Both the position numbers and the translations under genes were made by a program. A model generated the notes under the pieces. It had not been told where the DNA came from and did no database searches. It saw nothing but the letters and a program-made list of their open reading frames with translations. From positions 8,896 to 32,895 of the forward strand of contig CAVCLW010000019.1 of the NCBI GenBank assembly GCA_963603005.1: a stretch of DNA of 24,000 bases. Direction: 5' to 3'. This DNA is from Escherichia coli (GTDB lineage: Bacteria > Bacillota > Negativicutes > Acidaminococcales > Acidaminococcaceae). Of the stretch, positions 9,203 to 17,509 are shown piece after piece. Position 1 is the stretch's first letter; each line of letters opens with the position of its first letter.

Positions 9203-9979
9203 ATGGATTCATCGCAGACTATACGCGAACAACTGCGCAGACGCAGACGCCGGAAATTCTGGCACCTGGTGCGCTTATTGGTATCTACGGCTGTACTTGC
9301 TGTAACATGTACATATGCCTGGCGCTATGTGCATAATCCTGCGTTTGCCTTTGGCAACGTCAGCATTCACGGAAGCAGTCAGCTGACGGAGACGGAGGTT
9401 ATCTCGCTTGCAGGCTGCGGGCAGGGACCGTTGAATCTTTTCAATGCCAGCTCCGGCCGTCTGCGTGAGGCTTTGCTGCATGATGTCCGCTTTAAGAATG
9501 CAGAGGTGGCTTATCGCTTTCCGGCAACCTTGCAGGTGAGCGTAGAGGAACGACAGCCGGCGCTTTATGTTGCCAATTCCTATCACAGCTATCTGAAGGT
9601 GGATTATAACGGCGTAGTTCTCAGTGTGACAACTACTATTCCGGATGCCAAGGCTCCTGTGCTGGCCGGCATAAAATGCGGTAATCTCTATCTGGGTGAT
9701 AAGGTTGCCAATACGGGTGTGCTGCAGATTCTGCAATTTTTGCAGCAGCTGACGCCGGAAGCACTGCAGCGTATCGGCGAAATTGCCGTTGATGATAAGC
9801 AGGATGTCAAGCTGCAGCTGAGCGGCAGCTTTCCGGTGCGTCTGGGCAGGGTGCAGGAGGTATCACAGAAGGCTTCTGTGTTTATGACTGTGTTCAACGA
9901 GATTAAAGATAAAAACATTAAGGCTGAATATATTGATTTGACCTTCGGTAAGCCATATATCAAGCTTTTGCCAAAATAA
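9203..9979 (+). CDS. ftsQ: Cell-division protein FtsQ/DivIB (POTRA domain)
   Basis: 258-aa bitopic protein with a basic N-terminus (RRRRRK) and one TM helix. The POTRA-like segment FGNVSIHGSSQLTETEVISLAG follows. It sits at the FtsQ position after ddl, with an SD (AAGGAGG) upstream. Confidence 0.85.
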   Translation: MDSSQTIREQLRRRRRRKFWHLVRLLVSTAVLAVTCTYAWRYVHNPAFAFGNVSIHGSSQLTETEVISLAGCGQGPLNLFNASSGRLREALLHDVRFKNAEVAYRFPATLQVSVEERQPALYVANSYHSYLKVDYNGVVLSVTTTIPDAKAPVLAGIKCGNLYLGDKVANTGVLQILQFLQQLTPEALQRIGEIAVDDKQDVKLQLSGSFPVRLGRVQEVSQKASVFMTVFNEIKDKNIKAEYIDLTFGKPYIKLLPK

Positions 9980-9998
9980 ATTGCTGTTAACTTGTTAT

Positions 9999-10019
9999 AG
10001 CTGCAAAGCTGTTGCAGCT
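9999..10019 (+). other. Stem-loop directly after ftsQ
   Basis: AGCTGCAA (9999-10006) pairs with TTGCAGCT (10012-10019) around a 5-nt loop. No T-run follows, so it may be an mRNA-stabilising or processing hairpin rather than a terminator. Confidence 0.3.
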
Positions 10020-10042
10020 GATGTCACAGTGAGGGTGAGATA

Positions 10043-10741
10043 ATGAAAGAAATTTTTACTATGGATTTAAAGGGCAAGCTGTTGATTGCCGTGGTATTCA
10101 TGGTGTTGGGATTTATGCTTTCGGTACAGTATAAAACTACAGAGCTTCAACGCAATGTGCGTATGGACCGCGTAGAGGATTTGTCGGAACGCCTGAAGAT
10201 TATGGAAGCCGAGAACAAGCAGCTGCTGACGGAGCTGGAAACCTTGCGCGCAGGTGCTGCCAAGGATCCTGCTGATGACCGTATGAAGCTGATGGCAGGC
10301 ACGACTGACGTAGAGGGCGAAGGTATTGAGATTTTGCTGGATGACAGCAATATTGCCAAAAAGTCCGGCGAAAATCCTAATCTGTACATCATTCATGATG
10401 AAGATTTGCTGCGTGTGCTCAACGAGCTGCGCGCTGCCGGTGCGGAAGCGATTTCTGTCAACGATCAGCGCATTGTAGCTATGAGCGAGATTCGTTGTGC
10501 CGGACCTACTATTTCGGTCAACAATGTCCGTAGTGCTCCGCCTTATGTTATCAAGGCTATCGGTGCTCCTAAAACTCTGAGCAGTGCCCTGCGTCTGCGT
10601 GGCGGTGTTGTAGAAACCTTTGAGTTCTGGGGCATTCAGGTAAAAATCAAGACTGTTGAAAAGCTGCATATTCCGGCGCTGAAGGCACCGCGCAGCTTTG
10701 AATACGCTAAGACGGTGGAAAGCAAGGAGGCAGCGAAATGA
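10043..10741 (+). CDS. DUF881 family division-cluster protein (YlxW/YlxX-like)
   Basis: One N-terminal TM helix and a coiled-coil. The C-terminal block (GEGIEILLDD...IIHDEDLLRVLNELRAAGAEAISVNDQRI...PPYVIKAIG) is characteristic of DUF881. In B. subtilis these genes sit between divIB and sbp. Confidence 0.8.
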   Translation: MKEIFTMDLKGKLLIAVVFMVLGFMLSVQYKTTELQRNVRMDRVEDLSERLKIMEAENKQLLTELETLRAGAAKDPADDRMKLMAGTTDVEGEGIEILLDDSNIAKKSGENPNLYIIHDEDLLRVLNELRAAGAEAISVNDQRIVAMSEIRCAGPTISVNNVRSAPPYVIKAIGAPKTLSSALRLRGGVVETFEFWGIQVKIKTVEKLHIPALKAPRSFEYAKTVESKEAAK

Positions 10742-11070
10742 TTGGATTTGCATTTGCCGGCCTTGTGCTTGGCCTTATACTCGGTGTTTACTGTCCTTTC
10801 AGAGTGCCGCCTGAATACGCGCGCCTGCTTGCCGTAGCCGTTATGGCCGGTATGGATGCAGTGCTGGGCGGTGTACGTGCTTCGCTCGAAGGCAATTATG
10901 ATACTCAGGTTTTCATTTCCGGCTTCTTTATCAACGGTATCCTGGCTGCCTTTTTGTGCTATGCAGGTAATCTGATCGGTATCGATTTGTATCTGGTAGC
11001 GGTACTGATTTTCGGTATGCGTATTTTCCAGAATCTGGGAATTATCCGTCGCCTTTATATGGGCAAATAA
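10738..11070 (+). CDS. sbp: Small basic protein Sbp (DUF1290), membrane protein
   Basis: 110-aa hydrophobic protein whose start forms an ATGA overlap with the DUF881 stop. GGVRASLEGNYDTQVFISGFF...GMRIFQNLGIIRR resembles B. subtilis Sbp as I recall it. Confidence 0.75.
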   Translation: MIGFAFAGLVLGLILGVYCPFRVPPEYARLLAVAVMAGMDAVLGGVRASLEGNYDTQVFISGFFINGILAAFLCYAGNLIGIDLYLVAVLIFGMRIFQNLGIIRRLYMGK

Positions 11071-11194
11071 GTGTCCTGCAGGAAGATGAAGAAAAAAATT
11101 CATCAATAAGCAGGAAAATAGCACTTTCGTGTTGAACAATATAAAAATGATTTTTTTATAAATAAGCTACCCAAAGCTAAGGGGGACGTAGAAT

Positions 11195-12265
11195 ATGTTT
11201 GATGACGTAGAGACAACCTTTGAACCGTTGGCCAATATTAAAGTAATTGGTGTAGGCGGTGGCGGCAATAACGCCGTAAACCGTATGATTGACGCCGGCG
11301 TAAGCGGCGTAGAATTCATTGCAGTGAACTGCGATAAGCAGTGCCTAATGCTTTCCAAAGCAGAAAAACGCATCCAAATCGGCGAAAAGCTGACTAAAGG
11401 TCTGGGTGCAGGCGCAAATCCTGAAATCGGCGAAAAAGCTGCCGAAGAATCCCGTGACCAGATTTTGGAGTCCCTGAAGGGGGCAGATATGGTATTTGTT
11501 ACCGCAGGTATGGGCGGTGGTACCGGTACCGGTGCTGCGCACGTTGTTGCGGAATGTGCTAAAGAAATCGGTGCGCTGACTGTCGGCGTTGTAACCAAAC
11601 CCTTTGGCTTTGAAGGTCCTCGCCGCATGAAGCAGGCTGAGGCAGGCATTGTCAACCTGAAGGAAAAGGTTGATACCCTGGTAACTATTCCTAACGACCG
11701 TTTGCTGCAGATTATCGAAAAACGTACTTCCATGCTGGAAGCATTCAAAAAGGCCGATGACGTATTGCGTCAGGGCGTTCAGGGCATTTCCAACCTGATT
11801 GCTGTTCCCGGTCTGATTAACGTTGACTTCGCCGATGTCAAGACTGTTATGTCCAATGCAGGCAGCGCTCTGATGGGCGTTGGTACCGCTAAGGGCGAAG
11901 GCGGCGGCAAGGCTGCAGCCGAAGCTGCTATCAAGAGCCCGTTGCTTGAAGCATCTATCGACGGTGCCCGCGGTGTACTGATTAACGTTATCGGCGGCAA
12001 GGAGCTGTCCCTGTTTGACGTTAACGAAGCTGCCAATATTGTCAATGAAGCAGCTGATCCCAATGCAGTGGTTATTTTCGGCGCTGTTATTGATGAAAGC
12101 CTCAACGACGAAATCCGTGTTACGGTTATCGCAACAGGCTTTGAGAAAAAATCTCCTGTTACCAAAAATACAGTTGGCGGTCCGGCATCTATCAACCGCA
12201 ACAGTAGCGGTGTTATCAAGAATTTCTCTGATCCGAATGAAATTCCGCCATGGCTGCGTCACTGA
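11195..12265 (+). CDS. ftsZ: Cell-division GTPase FtsZ
   Basis: Tubulin signature GGGTGTG, plus [17 protein letters not shown] and NDRLL. The C-terminal anchor-binding peptide is EIPPWLRH. An SD (AAGGGGGA) lies upstream. Confidence 0.97.
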   Translation: MFDDVETTFEPLANIKVIGVGGGGNNAVNRMIDAGVSGVEFIAVNCDKQCLMLSKAEKRIQIGEKLTKGLGAGANPEIGEKAAEESRDQILESLKGADMVFVTAGMGGGTGTGAAHVVAECAKEIGALTVGVVTKPFGFEGPRRMKQAEAGIVNLKEKVDTLVTIPNDRLLQIIEKRTSMLEAFKKADDVLRQGVQGISNLIAVPGLINVDFADVKTVMSNAGSALMGVGTAKGEGGGKAAAEAAIKSPLLEASIDGARGVLINVIGGKELSLFDVNEAANIVNEAADPNAVVIFGAVIDESLNDEIRVTVIATGFEKKSPVTKNTVGGPASINRNSSGVIKNFSDPNEIPPWLRH

Positions 12266-12284
12266 TTGAAAGGAAGGCAGTAAT

Positions 12285-12752
12285 ATGAAGTGCCCGTTTT
12301 GCTCCCACCGAGACAGCCGTGTTATCGACAGCCGTGCTGTAGAGGAAGGCTGTTCTATACGTCGCAGACGTGAATGCCCTAATTGCGGCAAACGCTTTAC
12401 TACATATGAAAAATATGAGGAAACTCCGCTTGTTGTCAGCAAGAAGGATGGCCGTCGCGAGCTTTTTGACGGTAAAAAGCTGCTGGCAGGTCTTTTGAAG
12501 GCTTGCGAAAAACGCCCGGTTCCTTATGAAAAGATTAAAGAGATTGCCGACAGCATCGAGCGTGAGCTGCGCATGAGTGCGGATGCGGAAATTCCCAGCG
12601 CCCAGATTGGTGAGCTGGTTATGAAGCATTTGGAGCAGACAGATCAGATTGCTTATGTACGCTTTGCTTCCGTATATCGTCAGTTTGCCGATGTGCGCAA
12701 TTTTATGCAGGAGCTAGAACGTATTATGCAAAAATCAAAAGACGCAAAATAG
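12285..12752 (+). CDS. nrdR: Transcriptional repressor NrdR
   Basis: N-terminal zinc ribbon (MKCPFCSH...CPNCGKRFTTYE) followed by an ATP-cone. Length is 155 aa. Confidence 0.93.
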   Translation: MKCPFCSHRDSRVIDSRAVEEGCSIRRRRECPNCGKRFTTYEKYEETPLVVSKKDGRRELFDGKKLLAGLLKACEKRPVPYEKIKEIADSIERELRMSADAEIPSAQIGELVMKHLEQTDQIAYVRFASVYRQFADVRNFMQELERIMQKSKDAK

Positions 12753-12763
12753 AGGTGCGGAAT

Positions 12764-13015
12764 ATGAAAAAGTATTTACTGCTTACTTTAACGGCTCTGA
12801 TGCTGGTTGCAGGCTTCAGCGGCTCTGCGCTGGCTAAAGAAAGACTCTTTACGTTTTCCAACAACAATAACGGAGCTGTGAAAGAGGTTAATTATTATCT
12901 GGATAATGGTGCCAAGGTTGTGTTTATGGACACAGCAGCCAAGGCTACCGACAGCACGGTGATTATCACCGTAGTGTTGGATATACCAGAGGGTGTGGCA
13001 GCATATCAAAAGTAA
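12764..13015 (+). CDS. Small secreted hypothetical protein
   Basis: Sec signal peptide MKKYLLLTLTALMLVAGFSGSALA, then KE. I recognised no family. The ATG at 12764 has an SD (AGAGG) 8 nt upstream and is preferred over the GTG at 12755. A strong terminator follows. Confidence 0.5.
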   Translation: MKKYLLLTLTALMLVAGFSGSALAKERLFTFSNNNNGAVKEVNYYLDNGAKVVFMDTAAKATDSTVIITVVLDIPEGVAAYQK

Positions 13016-13048
13016 ATAGTAAAAAGGTGCCGCAGGCACTTGCAAAGG

Positions 13049-13072
13049 GAGACGGCATTAGCCGTCTCTTTT
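13049..13072 (+). terminator. Rho-independent terminator
   Basis: GAGACGGC-ATTA-GCCGTCTC forms a perfect 8-bp stem followed by TTTT. Confidence 0.8.
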
Positions 13073-13139
13073 GGTATAAGCGTAATATTTCAGCTAGAGC
13101 TTAGCTGTAAATTTGAGTGCTTTTAAGGGGGACTTTAGG

Positions 13140-13967
13140 ATGCAGGATTTTATCATTACGCAAAAAAATAATATCTGGTGGGGAATGTTCCCTCGTTTGG
13201 CACAGGCGGGCTTCGGTAATGCCTGTAGCTGTCGGCTGCATGGGGAAAGCTCTCTGGTGCCGGGGACTTTGAACCTGGCCTTGCACGTGGGTGACGATGC
13301 AGAGCTTGTATTGCAGAACCGTCGCCTGTTTGCACAGGCTTTAGGCTTGGATGCGTCGAAATTTACTACCTGCGAGCAGGTGCATGGAAGCAACGTTGCG
13401 GTGGTAGATGAAGCCTTAGTCGGCGCCGGTGCGACAGCGCTTGCCGATACGATTAAGGATACGGATGCGCTGGTTACGAATTTGCCAAACGTACCGCTGC
13501 TGCTGTTCTTTGCAGATTGTGTGCCGTTGCTTTTCGCCGACGAGCGCCAAGGCGTGTGCGCTGTGGCGCACGCAGGCTGGCGCGGTACGGTGGCTCAGAT
13601 TGGGCGCAAAACTGTGGAAGCTATGCAGCAAGCCTTCGGCTCCCGTCCCGCAGATATCATTGCGGCGATAGGTCCGTCTATCGGCCAATGCTGTTACGAG
13701 GTGGACGATTTTGTGAGCAGTAAGGCTGCAGGCTATGAGCAGTTCTTTGCGCCACGAGCAGAAAAGCCCGGCAAGTATCTGCTGAATTTATGGGGTTATA
13801 ACCGTCAGGTGCTGCTGGACGCAGGATTAAAGGCGGAAAATATTCTTACTGCCGGCGTATGCACAGAGCATAACCATGAAATGTTCTGCTCCTACCGTGC
13901 AGAGCAGGGAAAAACAGGTCGCATGGGCGTGTGCCTGTACAGAATGTCAGCAGGGGAAAATGCGTAA
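13140..13967 (+). CDS. pgeF: Peptidoglycan editing factor PgeF / YfiH (YlmD) family, Cu-oxidase_4 (DUF152)
   Basis: Carries conserved FADCVPLLF, VAHAGWRGT and CTEHNHEMFCSYR motifs (a His/Cys/His site). The ATG at 13140 has an SD (AAGGGGGA) about 9 nt upstream and is preferred over the TTG at 13113. In Firmicutes ylmD lies downstream of ftsZ. Confidence 0.85.
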   Translation: MQDFIITQKNNIWWGMFPRLAQAGFGNACSCRLHGESSLVPGTLNLALHVGDDAELVLQNRRLFAQALGLDASKFTTCEQVHGSNVAVVDEALVGAGATALADTIKDTDALVTNLPNVPLLLFFADCVPLLFADERQGVCAVAHAGWRGTVAQIGRKTVEAMQQAFGSRPADIIAAIGPSIGQCCYEVDDFVSSKAAGYEQFFAPRAEKPGKYLLNLWGYNRQVLLDAGLKAENILTAGVCTEHNHEMFCSYRAEQGKTGRMGVCLYRMSAGENA

Positions 13968-14088
13968 GTACTGAGCGTGCAAAGAACTTACGGTTAACGT
14001 TTACTTGGAAACTATAGAAAGACCGATAAGAAAATGCGTTAAGAAATACTTCTTGTAACGCTAAAAAATACGAAAAGAGTGAGTGAAG

Positions 14089-14835
14089 ATGCTTAAGGAT
14101 ACATTTACCTTTCAGGGGCCTTTAGGTGATATTGAATGTCTTGTTGAGCCTAACCGCAGTGACAATAATGCAGTTCTTGTTATGGCGCACGGCTTCCGTG
14201 GCAGCCGCGACAGCGGCGGACGTGCTGCAGGCGTGGCACAGCAGGCTGCTGCGCATGCAGCCGTAGTGCGCTTCAACTTTACGGGTACGCAGATAATTTC
14301 GCGTCAGGTGGAGGAGCTGCGCGCCGTACTGGCAGAGGTACGCCGCAGACAGCCCGGTTGCAGGCTGTTCCTTTTGGGACGCAGCCTTGGCGGTGCAGCA
14401 TCCATTATCACTGCAGCGCAGGACGGCGCTCTTGCCGGTCTGATTTTGTGGGCAACGCCGAATAATCTGCGCTTTACCTTCCGCTATGTGATGACGGAGG
14501 ACGAATATCGTCGTCTGGATAGCGGCGAAACGTTGCACTTTAATGATGAGCGCGGCGAATGCGATTTGACACCGGATTTCCTGACGAACTTTGATCAATA
14601 CGATTTGCCTTCATTGCTGCAAAAAGCACAGCCTTTGCCTGTACTTTTGCTGCACTGCAGTGCGGATGAGGTGGTGCTGGCGGAGCAGGCGCAGCGCAAC
14701 GCTGCAGCCATCGGTGAGGTAGCAGAGCTGCATATCTTTGCAGGCGGTGACCACAGCTTTACGGAATACAGTGACGAAGCAGGCGCGTTGCTGAGCGATT
14801 GGCTGGGCAAACGCTTGAAATGCGGCGCTTGTTAG
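14089..14835 (+). CDS. Alpha/beta-fold hydrolase
   Basis: Nucleophile elbow GRSLGG, with putative acid (HCSADE) and His (GGDHSF) residues in the canonical order. The start is ambiguous between GTG 14083 and ATG 14089. Confidence 0.75.
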   Translation: MLKDTFTFQGPLGDIECLVEPNRSDNNAVLVMAHGFRGSRDSGGRAAGVAQQAAAHAAVVRFNFTGTQIISRQVEELRAVLAEVRRRQPGCRLFLLGRSLGGAASIITAAQDGALAGLILWATPNNLRFTFRYVMTEDEYRRLDSGETLHFNDERGECDLTPDFLTNFDQYDLPSLLQKAQPLPVLLLHCSADEVVLAEQAQRNAAAIGEVAELHIFAGGDHSFTEYSDEAGALLSDWLGKRLKCGAC

Positions 14836-14885
14836 TTGTATAATATACTTGAGGAATTATATTCTTTTCTATGGGAGGAAAGAGC

Positions 14886-15446
14886 ATGAAGAAATTGTTA
14901 ATAATCTGCCTGATGCTGGTGTGTGCGTTGGGACTTATAGCCTGCGGTCAGGAAAAGCAGGAGCAGGTGCCGAAGGCAGAGCCTGCGACGGCGGTTTTCA
15001 ACACGAGCATGGGCGATTTTGAGGTGAAGCTGGCAACAGATTATGCACAGGAAACGTCAAAGAATTTTATTACGCTGGCAGAAAAGGGCTTTTATAACGG
15101 GCTCATTTTCCATCGCGTAATCGATAACTTTATGATTCAGGGCGGTGATCCTGCCGGCAACGGTACCGGTGGTCCCGGCTACACTATTAAGGATGAGTTC
15201 AGCAGTAAGCTGCTGCATGACGGCCCCGGTGTAATTTCCATGGCCAACCGCGGTCCGAATACCGGCGGCAGCCAGTTCTTTATCACCCTGCGTGAATGCA
15301 AATGGCTTGACGGCAAGCATGCTGTTTTCGGCAAGGTAAGCAAGGGCATGGATGTTGTTTATAAAATCGGCAAAACAGCAACAGATTCCAATGATAAACC
15401 GTTGGAGCCTGTAATCATTAAGAAGGTTACGATAGAAAAACGTTAA
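14886..15446 (+). CDS. Cyclophilin-type peptidyl-prolyl cis-trans isomerase, lipoprotein
   Basis: Signal peptide with the lipobox LIAC (MKKLLIICLMLVCALGLIAC-GQ). The cyclophilin core includes FHRVIDNFMIQGGDP and GSQFFIT. An SD (GGGAGGA) precedes the ATG at 14886. Confidence 0.88.
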   Translation: MKKLLIICLMLVCALGLIACGQEKQEQVPKAEPATAVFNTSMGDFEVKLATDYAQETSKNFITLAEKGFYNGLIFHRVIDNFMIQGGDPAGNGTGGPGYTIKDEFSSKLLHDGPGVISMANRGPNTGGSQFFITLRECKWLDGKHAVFGKVSKGMDVVYKIGKTATDSNDKPLEPVIIKKVTIEKR

Positions 15447-15478
15447 CACCCCTTTTAAAACAGGTAGGAGGAAATTGC

Positions 15479-16486
15479 TTGGCTAGTGAAGAAGAAAAAA
15501 TGCAAGGTATACTCGAAACTGTTGACCAGCAGGAAATGGTTGGCATTTGCGGACGTAACGATGAGTTTCTGCGTTTAATCCGTGGTGCTTTTGACTGTAC
15601 AATTGTAGCGCGTGGCAATCAGATTACCATGAGCGGATGCGCTGAAGAGGTGGCGCAGCTGGAACAGCTGCTGCAGGAGCTTTTGTTTTTGTACCGTCAG
15701 GGACTGCCGCTGACAACGCATGATGTGCGTTACAGCATGTATATGGTGAAAGCGGGAAATTTGGAAAGCCTGCATCGCATGTACGCTGATACGATTATCG
15801 TCAATAACCGTGGCCGTCAGGTGAAGGCCAAAACATTGGGACAGTGGCAGTATGTGGAAACCATCCGCCATAACTATATAACCTTGGGCATCGGACCTGC
15901 AGGCACAGGCAAAACCTACCTGGCAGTGGCGCTGGCAGTAGCGGCGCTGAAGAAAAAAGAGGTAGAGCGTATTATCTTGACGCGTCCTGCGGTAGAAGCA
16001 GGCGAAAAGCTAGGCTTTTTGCCGGGTGACATGCAGGATAAGGTAGACCCGTATCTGCGTCCTCTTTATGACGGTCTGTATGATATGCTGGGTACGGAAA
16101 CCTTCCAAAAGTATTTGACCAAGGGTACAATTGAGGTTGCACCGCTGGCCTATATGCGCGGACGCACGCTGAATGATGCCTTCATCATTCTGGATGAGGC
16201 GCAGAACACTACGCCGGAGCAGATGAAAATGTTCCTGACGCGTTTCGGCTTTGGCAGTAAGATGGTTATTACCGGCGATATCACGCAGATAGATTTGCCG
16301 GGCGGCAAGAACAGCGGCCTGAAGGATGCAGCGCGTATTCTGGGCAACGTACCGGGAATCGGCGTGATTAAGTTCAGTGAGCAGGATGTTGTGCGCCACG
16401 AAATTGTGGGTTCTATTATCAAAGCTTATGAACGCTTTGAAAAACAAAAAGAAAAATATAACGGAGAAAAACAGCATGATAATTAA
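15479..16486 (+). CDS. phoH: PhoH-family ATPase (YbeZ-like)
   Basis: TTG start 7 nt after an SD (AGGAGG). Walker A is GPAGTGKTYLAVA and the Walker B region is FIILDEAQN. It sits upstream of ybeY, as in the conserved ybeZ-ybeY arrangement. Confidence 0.9.
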   Translation: MASEEEKMQGILETVDQQEMVGICGRNDEFLRLIRGAFDCTIVARGNQITMSGCAEEVAQLEQLLQELLFLYRQGLPLTTHDVRYSMYMVKAGNLESLHRMYADTIIVNNRGRQVKAKTLGQWQYVETIRHNYITLGIGPAGTGKTYLAVALAVAALKKKEVERIILTRPAVEAGEKLGFLPGDMQDKVDPYLRPLYDGLYDMLGTETFQKYLTKGTIEVAPLAYMRGRTLNDAFIILDEAQNTTPEQMKMFLTRFGFGSKMVITGDITQIDLPGGKNSGLKDAARILGNVPGIGVIKFSEQDVVRHEIVGSIIKAYERFEKQKEKYNGEKQHDN

Positions 16487-16982
16487 TTTGGAAAACGACC
16501 AGCAGAAGCTGGAGCTTTCCGCGCAGGTGCTGGAGCGCCTGCAGGAGGGCTTGCAGGCAGTAGCACGCTTGAATAAGCTGCCGGAGGAGTCCGAGGTTGA
16601 TGTAACTATTGTCGACGATGAGGAAATCCATGCGCTGAACCGTGAGTACCGCGGTATGGATAAGCCTACCGACGTTTTGAGCTTTGCGCTGGATGAGGAC
16701 TGCGAGGATGAAGATGAGCCGGAGCTTATTGGCGGACCGGAGGAGCATCTTTTCGGTGATATCATCATTTCGGCGGAAACCGCTCTGCGTCAGGCAGAGG
16801 AATACGGCCACGGCCTGGAGCGTGAAATGACGTATCTGGCAGTACACGGCATGTTTCATCTGTTGGGATATGACCATATGACGGAGGAGGATAAGGCTGA
16901 AATGCGTGCGAAAGAGGAGGAAGCTCTGCGTGCGATTAACCTTTCCGAAGAATATTTTGACCATCCCACAGGCATTCATTGA
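16476..16982 (+). CDS. ybeY: Endoribonuclease YbeY (rRNA maturation)
   Basis: Zinc-binding motif HGMFHLLGYDH. The start is taken at ATG 16476, with an SD (GGAG) 9 nt upstream and an 11-nt overlap with phoH. The track's 16377 start lies inside phoH and adds non-conserved sequence. Confidence 0.9.
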   Translation: MIINLENDQQKLELSAQVLERLQEGLQAVARLNKLPEESEVDVTIVDDEEIHALNREYRGMDKPTDVLSFALDEDCEDEDEPELIGGPEEHLFGDIIISAETALRQAEEYGHGLEREMTYLAVHGMFHLLGYDHMTEEDKAEMRAKEEEALRAINLSEEYFDHPTGIH

Positions 16983-17038
16983 TGCTTAATGCTCAATAAT
17001 TAATAATTAACCTGTAAAAATCATAGGAGGTGCTTTCC

Positions 17039-17446
17039 ATGAAAGACGTAAAACTGAATGAATTATCCCCGGCTTGGCGCGAATTGTACGATGCAGCAGT
17101 TGCTGCCCGTAAGAATGCTTACATTCCTTATTCCAACTTTGCTGTAGGTGCAGCAGTACGCTGTGCCAACGGAAAAATCTACGGTGGCTGTAATGTGGAA
17201 AACGCTTCCTACGGACTTTGTGTCTGCGGCGAGCGTAACGCTATTTTCCACGCTGCCTGCGCCGGTGAGCGCGAGATGGTAGAGCTGTGCGTAGTTGCAG
17301 ATACTTCCGGCCCCGTTTCTCCCTGCGGTGCCTGCAGACAGGTAATGCGCGAGTTTGGTATCCAGACCGTGATTTTAGCAAATATGAAGGGTGACTTTAA
17401 AATTACCACGGTAGAAGAGCTGCTGCCGTATGGTTTTGAATTATAA
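17039..17446 (+). CDS. cdd: Cytidine deaminase
   Basis: Zinc-site motifs CGERNA and PCGACRQ. It is a roughly 135-aa homotetramer-type Cdd. An SD (AGGAGG) lies upstream of the ATG at 17039. Confidence 0.9.
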   Translation: MKDVKLNELSPAWRELYDAAVAARKNAYIPYSNFAVGAAVRCANGKIYGGCNVENASYGLCVCGERNAIFHAACAGEREMVELCVVADTSGPVSPCGACRQVMREFGIQTVILANMKGDFKITTVEELLPYGFEL

Positions 17447-17509
17447 TAACAGGAGCTGATTAAGATAAAGAAGGTAAACAACGAAGAAGCTAAACATTAT
17501 GCCGGCTTT

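Noticed and set aside
786-12442. Many long minus-strand ORFs lying entirely inside + strand genes. Examples are 786-1865, 2012-3235, 4492-5601, 6147-6710, 6958-7722, 8258-8959, 9275-9736, 10067-10753, 10636-11139 and 11345-12442.
   Set aside because: These are shadow ORFs antisense to genes with unambiguous family motifs (Mur ligases, MraY, Ddl, FtsZ). Their translations are low-complexity (rich in Q/A/L/C/H), have no SD or start context, and carry no recognisable domains.
16377-16475. Longer N-terminal extensions offered by the ORF track: ybeY from 16377, murD from 4324, pgeF from 13113, cdd from 17030, the PPIase from 14871, and the nifD-like gene from 21980.
   Set aside because: In each case an internal ATG has a well-placed SD. 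The extension is non-conserved or lies inside the upstream gene.
16010-16979. Minus-strand ORFs 16010-16768 (Ser-rich, 252 aa) and 16419-16979, spanning the phoH/ybeY junction.
   Set aside because: They are antisense to two well-supported genes. The poly-Ser/low-complexity translation is the mirror of the Glu/Asp/Leu-rich sense frames.
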